A DNA stretch of 32,000 bases from Candidatus Nanosynbacter lyticus (GTDB lineage Bacteria; Patescibacteriota; Saccharimonadia; Saccharimonadales; Saccharimonadaceae), in contig NZ_CP007496.1 in the NCBI RefSeq assembly GCF_000803625.1, positions 673,139-705,138 of the forward strand, read 5' to 3'. Under the pieces are notes generated by a model. That model saw only the letters and a program-made list of their open reading frames with translations. It was not told the origin of the DNA and ran no database searches. Below, in pieces: positions 28,481-32,000 of this stretch. The number at the start of each line of letters is the position of its first letter. Position 1 is the first letter of the stretch. The position numbers were made by a program, and so were the translations under genes.

Positions 28481-29431
28481 ATGAAATCAATCACCATCCT
28501 TGTCCCAGTATACAACGAAGAATCCGTCCTTCCTCAGCTATTTGATCGCTTAGATGACGTCGCAAAAAATACTCCCAATTACAAATTTGAATTTCTATTC
28601 ATCAATGATGGCAGCGTCGATGAATCTTTATATATTATTGCCGATCAAGCCCAGAAAGATACACGCATCAGTTATATCAATCTGTCGCGCAACTTCGGTA
28701 AAGAAATAGCGATGCTCGCCGGAATTGACCATGCCGAAGGCGATGCTGCCGTGATTATTGACGCCGATTTGCAAGATCCGCCAGAGTTAATAAAAGAGAT
28801 GATTGCCTATTGGGAAGATGGTTATGATGATGTCTATGCTCGCCGCAGTAGCCGGCAGGGCGAAACTTGGCTAAAGAAAAAAACCAGCCAGTGGTATTAT
28901 AGAATCCTCCAAAAATCGACTAGTATTCCTATTCAAGTTGATACCGGCGATTTTCGCTTACTGGATCAGCGTTGCGTTGAAGCCTTGCGGCAATTTCGTG
29001 AATCTCAGCGCAACACTAAGGCGATTTTCAGCTGGATTGGCTATAGGAAAAAAGAAATTTTTTACGATCGCGACCCCAGATTGGCTGGCCAGACTAAATG
29101 GAATTATCGCAAATTAATTAACTTGGCTATCGACGGTGTCACTAGCTTTACCACCGCGCCACTGCGAATGGCTACCATCTTTGGATTTATCATTTCCTTC
29201 GTAGCTTTCTGCTGGATTATCTATCTTTTAGTTCGCCCTTTGTTCGGAGTTTCGACTGGCGCCGGCTATTCTTCCTTAATGGCGGTTATCCTATTCTTAG
29301 GCGGCGTTCAGCTACTGTCACTGGGAATAATTGGTGAATATGTCGGCCGAATATTTATTGAAACTAAAAATCAACCGTTATATTTAATTGAGGAATATCA
29401 TGCAGGAAATCGCAAAAAAACACGCCGATAA
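28481..29431 (+). CDS. GT2-family membrane glycosyltransferase (GtrB/ArnC-like polyprenyl-phosphate glycosyltransferase)
   Basis: ITILVPVYNEESVLPQLFDRL, INLSRNFGKEIAMLAGIDHAEGDAAVIIDADLQDPPELI, DTGDFRLLDQRCVEAL, two C-terminal TM helices. Confidence 0.92.
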   Translation: MKSITILVPVYNEESVLPQLFDRLDDVAKNTPNYKFEFLFINDGSVDESLYIIADQAQKDTRISYINLSRNFGKEIAMLAGIDHAEGDAAVIIDADLQDPPELIKEMIAYWEDGYDDVYARRSSRQGETWLKKKTSQWYYRILQKSTSIPIQVDTGDFRLLDQRCVEALRQFRESQRNTKAIFSWIGYRKKEIFYDRDPRLAGQTKWNYRKLINLAIDGVTSFTTAPLRMATIFGFIISFVAFCWIIYLLVRPLFGVSTGAGYSSLMAVILFLGGVQLLSLGIIGEYVGRIFIETKNQPLYLIEEYHAGNRKKTRR

Positions 29432-29834
29432 GCTACGTTTTACTATTGTCGGCGGCGTTAATACAGCGCTTGACTTCAGCATACTCTTTATCTTAACGAT
29501 GCTTTTTAATGTCCCGAAAGAATTAGCTAATTTTATATCAACTTTTGTCGCATTTTTGTTCTCTTTCTTTGCCAATAAAAAATACACTTTCAAATCAACA
29601 TCTAAGAATCTAAAAAAACAGTTTCTACTATTTACTATCGTCACACTATTTGGTTTATGGGTAATCCAAACAATTATTATTGCCACTATTACGCCAATAT
29701 TCACAAATATTGGCGTAAATAAACCAGCAGCCCTACTTATTAGCAAGCTAATCGCCACTGTCGCCAGTCTTATCTGGAATTACACGCTCTATTCTAAAGT
29801 GGTCTTTAAAAAGCCTAAGAGCTTTTCTGACTAA
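29400..29834 (+). CDS. GtrA-like membrane protein
   Basis: RFTIVGGVNTALDFSILFILTML...ELANFISTFVAFLFSFFANKKYTFK motif of GtrA; start ATG 29400 with SD GAGGA, overlapping the GtrB-like gene. Confidence 0.88.
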   Translation: MQEIAKKHADKLRFTIVGGVNTALDFSILFILTMLFNVPKELANFISTFVAFLFSFFANKKYTFKSTSKNLKKQFLLFTIVTLFGLWVIQTIIIATITPIFTNIGVNKPAALLISKLIATVASLIWNYTLYSKVVFKKPKSFSD

Positions 29835-30276
29835 TAATCAGCTGACGATCCCGACCTTCACCTTCAGAGTGCGTCTCAATATCGCTATACTCACCCGCCA
29901 AATGATGTACCGTCCAGCGATCAGCCGCGTTCAAATTGACAATCTTTGACTCGCCAGTCCGGCGAACTTCCTCAATCCAGCCACGTGCTTTTTCAATAAT
30001 TTTCTCGGCATGCTGTTTTTTATAATCAGCGATATCCAAATTCACCCTAACAGTCGAAGCTTTTTTATGATGAAGTGCTGTCGATAAAAGGGTCTGAATA
30101 CTACGCAGAGTTTCCGCACCCCTACCAATTAAGATACTACTTCGTTCGCTACGCGGAATTGAAGCTATAATAATTCCATCCTCAATTTTTACAGCAACTT
30201 CCAGGTTTAAATCAAAAAATGTCAATAAATCTTCCAGATATTTTTTTACGAATTCAATAGTTTCGATTTGATCCAT
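29815..30276 (-). CDS. jag: Jag/KhpB-like RNA-binding protein (KH + R3H)
   Basis: SSILIGRGAETLRSIQTLLSTALHHK (KH-like) and LNAADRWTVHHLAGEYSDIETHSEGEGRDRQLII (R3H-like); SD GGAGGG; conserved position beside yidC. Confidence 0.88.
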   Translation of the reverse strand: MDQIETIEFVKKYLEDLLTFFDLNLEVAVKIEDGIIIASIPRSERSSILIGRGAETLRSIQTLLSTALHHKKASTVRVNLDIADYKKQHAEKIIEKARGWIEEVRRTGESKIVNLNAADRWTVHHLAGEYSDIETHSEGEGRDRQLIISQKSS

Positions 30277-30285
30277 ATTCCCTCC

Positions 30286-31209
30286 TTAACCTTTAGCCTT
30301 GATTCGCGTTATTCGCGCTTCTGTCGCCTGTTTAGCGCGTTTTTTCGTCTTGGCTGACGCTATAGACTTTTGAGAGGCTGTCTTTTTATTTGCAACTGCT
30401 TCCATTTCCAAAGAGTCTTGTTTAAGAATAATATGATTCTGTAAATATCCTACTGCACTAGCGGTTGCCAAATAAAGAGCTAAAGCTGCTGGTAGATATA
30501 TAGTCACCATAAACATCATTAGTGGCATAAATTTCATCATCTTTCGGGTCATTATGGCATTTACTTCTGACTGATCAGCTTCTTTACCGCCACCAGCCTC
30601 AGCTAAAATGTCTCGTAATTTACGCTTACTGTCCGACTGTGGAGATAGCTGTTTTGAGGTCAAATATTGCAGATAGGCAGCAACTCCCGCCAGAATTAAC
30701 AGCCCAATAATAACTCCGTCTTTCGACACAGCGTGCTGAGTTAAGTCTATAACACCTAAGAAGTTCTGATTGAACTGGTCTGGATTATTAACCAGATTAT
30801 TAGCTACTGGAAGATTTTTTACAAAATCATAAACATATTTACCCAGATCAGCACGACTAGAAACAAAGATCTGCACCACGCGGTACATCGCAATCAAAAT
30901 CGGTAATTGAATAATCAAAACACCTATAGATCCAAACGCGCTTATATTATGTTTTTTATATAGCTCCATCATCGCCAAATTACGCATCTGCGGATTTTTG
31001 GCATATTGTTTTTTAATCTTAGCCAGCTCAGGCTGCATCTTGCGCATTGCCTTTGCCTGATGAAGCTGTTTCTTAATCAATGGCCATAGTAATAACCTTA
31101 CTAAAATCGTAAAGACAATAATACTAATACCAAAATCTGGAATTAGACTATAGATAGCCATCAACAGATTAAGAATCGGCCTAACAATAAACTCATCAAA
31201 AAAACTCAT
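30286..31209 (-). CDS. yidC: YidC/Oxa1 membrane protein insertase
   Basis: DFGISIIVFTILVRLLLWPLIKKQLHQAKAMRKMQPELAKIKKQYAKNPQ and MRKMMKFMPLMMFMVTIYLPAALALYLATASAVGYLQNHII; conserved neighbourhood. Confidence 0.95.
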   Translation of the reverse strand: MSFFDEFIVRPILNLLMAIYSLIPDFGISIIVFTILVRLLLWPLIKKQLHQAKAMRKMQPELAKIKKQYAKNPQMRNLAMMELYKKHNISAFGSIGVLIIQLPILIAMYRVVQIFVSSRADLGKYVYDFVKNLPVANNLVNNPDQFNQNFLGVIDLTQHAVSKDGVIIGLLILAGVAAYLQYLTSKQLSPQSDSKRKLRDILAEAGGGKEADQSEVNAIMTRKMMKFMPLMMFMVTIYLPAALALYLATASAVGYLQNHIILKQDSLEMEAVANKKTASQKSIASAKTKKRAKQATEARITRIKAKG

Positions 31210-31221
31210 ATCCTGATTATA
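31210..31221 (-). promoter_or_regulatory. Extended -10 promoter for yidC, predicted leaderless
   Basis: Minus strand TGCTATAAT followed by 6 nt (CAGGAT) and ATG at 31209. Confidence 0.55.
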
Positions 31222-31233
31222 GCAAAAATACTA

Positions 31234-31581
31234 CTATTTATACAGTTTTGCCTGAGAAAGGATATTTTTTATGACTTGTTTTAAATCCTTATGTGGCATC
31301 AATAACACTTCTGCTGAAAATATAATAATAGCAACGTCTTGATCATTTTTTAGATATGGCAGTTCTAGGCGAATAATTTCATAAACCCGTCGACGTATTC
31401 TGTTCCGCCGCACTGCTGATTTTAAAACCTTTTTACTCACAACTACCGCGAATCTACTATGACTGCGGTATAGGTTTTTCACATATTTTACAGTAGCTAT
31501 AGAAGAACGAGCCGCTTGTCCATTTTTATAGACAAATTTCAGACTACCATGACCGTGAAAACGATTACATTGTTGTAACAT
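31234..31581 (-). CDS. rnpA: Ribonuclease P protein component
   Basis: FAVVVSKKVLKSAVRRNRIRRRVYEIIRLELPYL is the RnpA RNR-type motif; located between rpmH and yidC. Confidence 0.93.
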   Translation of the reverse strand: MLQQCNRFHGHGSLKFVYKNGQAARSSIATVKYVKNLYRSHSRFAVVVSKKVLKSAVRRNRIRRRVYEIIRLELPYLKNDQDVAIIIFSAEVLLMPHKDLKQVIKNILSQAKLYK

Positions 31582-31597
31582 ATTTTACAATTATATC

Positions 31598-31629
31598 AAA
31601 AAATCCCGCCTACATCGACGGGATTTTTT
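31598..31629 (-). terminator. Intrinsic terminator/palindrome between rpmH and rnpA (symmetric, possibly bidirectional)
   Basis: AAAAAATCCCG (31598-31608) - 10 nt - CGGGATTTTTT (31619-31629). Confidence 0.75.
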
Positions 31630-31639
31630 ATTCGCTAGA

Positions 31640-31777
31640 TTAAATAGCAATTTTAGCACGACCCTTCAAACGGCGTCGCTTCAAGACCATCCTACCGGCC
31701 TTAGTAGAAACTCGCGCTCTAAAACCGTGCGTCCTTGCACGATGTCGAGTGTGTGGTTGAAATGTTCGCTTTGGCAT
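31640..31777 (-). CDS. rpmH: 50S ribosomal protein L34
   Basis: [45 protein letters not shown]; start placed at the internal Met, not at 31828. Confidence 0.95.
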   Translation of the reverse strand: MPKRTFQPHTRHRARTHGFRARVSTKAGRMVLKRRRLKGRAKIAI

Positions 31778-31787
31778 ATCAAGAAAT

Positions 31788-31816
31788 AGTATATATTTTT
31801 TTAGTATTTTTTGCAA
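31788..31816 (-). promoter_or_regulatory. rpmH promoter
   Basis: Minus strand TTGCAA - 17 bp - TATACT, -10 lying 10 nt before the ATG at 31777. Confidence 0.7.
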
Positions 31817-31828
31817 GTCACTAGACAC

Positions 31829-31945
31829 TTTTCCACTACCATGGCTAATTTTTCCACAGTTTTAACAGATGTATTTTTTAATTGTGGAAAACTCTACCCC
31901 TGTTTTCCTTTACATTACAGTTTACGGAATTGTACTTGTGGAAAA
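31829..31945. promoter_or_regulatory. DnaA-box-like cluster, candidate oriC segment
   Basis: TTTTCCACT 31829-31837 (+), TTTTCCACA 31850-31858 (+), TTTTCCACA 31883-31891 (-), TTTTCCACA 31937-31945 (-), in an AT-rich intergenic region upstream of rpmH and the probable dnaA. Confidence 0.75.
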
Positions 31946-31956
31946 CTCTTAATATT

Positions 31957-31990
31957 TGCTATAGTAAAGATAGTTAAAGAATTTGAGGGA
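31957..31990 (+). promoter_or_regulatory. Probable dnaA promoter and ribosome-binding site running off the window
   Basis: Extended -10 TGCTATAGT (31957-31965) and SD-like GAGGGAG near 31984-31990; the start codon would lie just past 32000. Confidence 0.5.
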
Positions 31991-32000
31991 GTAAGTTTTC

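Noticed and set aside
31778-31828. N-terminal extension of the rpmH ORF
   Set aside because: L34 proteins begin MPKRT; the extension covers the TATACT -10 element.

Overview
The window reads as a gene-dense bacterial surface-polysaccharide and envelope locus that runs up to a chromosomal origin. The right edge carries the classic block jag/khpB - yidC - rnpA - rpmH, all on the minus strand. It is followed by DnaA-box-like sites and an apparent dnaA promoter and Shine-Dalgarno reaching base 32000. To the left are: a secreted GH16 glucanase-like protein with LRR-like repeats and an LASTG C-terminal anchor-like signal; tRNA-Asn(GTT); a LexA-type HTH protein lacking a peptidase domain; a Wzy/O-antigen-ligase-like protein; a polyprenyl-phosphate sugar transferase; many GT2/GT4/GT8 glycosyltransferases; rmlB-rmlC-rmlD-rmlA plus a second rmlD paralog; a Wzx-like flippase; tandem DUF2142-like membrane proteins; a secreted ChW-repeat protein with a lysozyme/glucosaminidase-like domain; a Wzm/Wzt-like ABC exporter; and a GtrB/GtrA-like pair. 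Gene style and content suggest Candidatus Saccharibacteria/Patescibacteria, but this is inference only. The most notable signals are: (1) a recurring TATAMT-N6-ATG/GTG architecture, often with an extended TGN -10, at seven starts and predicting leaderless mRNAs; (2) DUF2142 tandem paralogs sharing a 361-bp tract with no differences found by eye, at an exact 1428-bp offset, around a diverged core; (3) a nine-unit ChW-repeat muralytic-like protein coupled to a small secreted partner; (4) the GH16-LRR-LASTG protein. No CRISPR array, transposase or phage module was seen.
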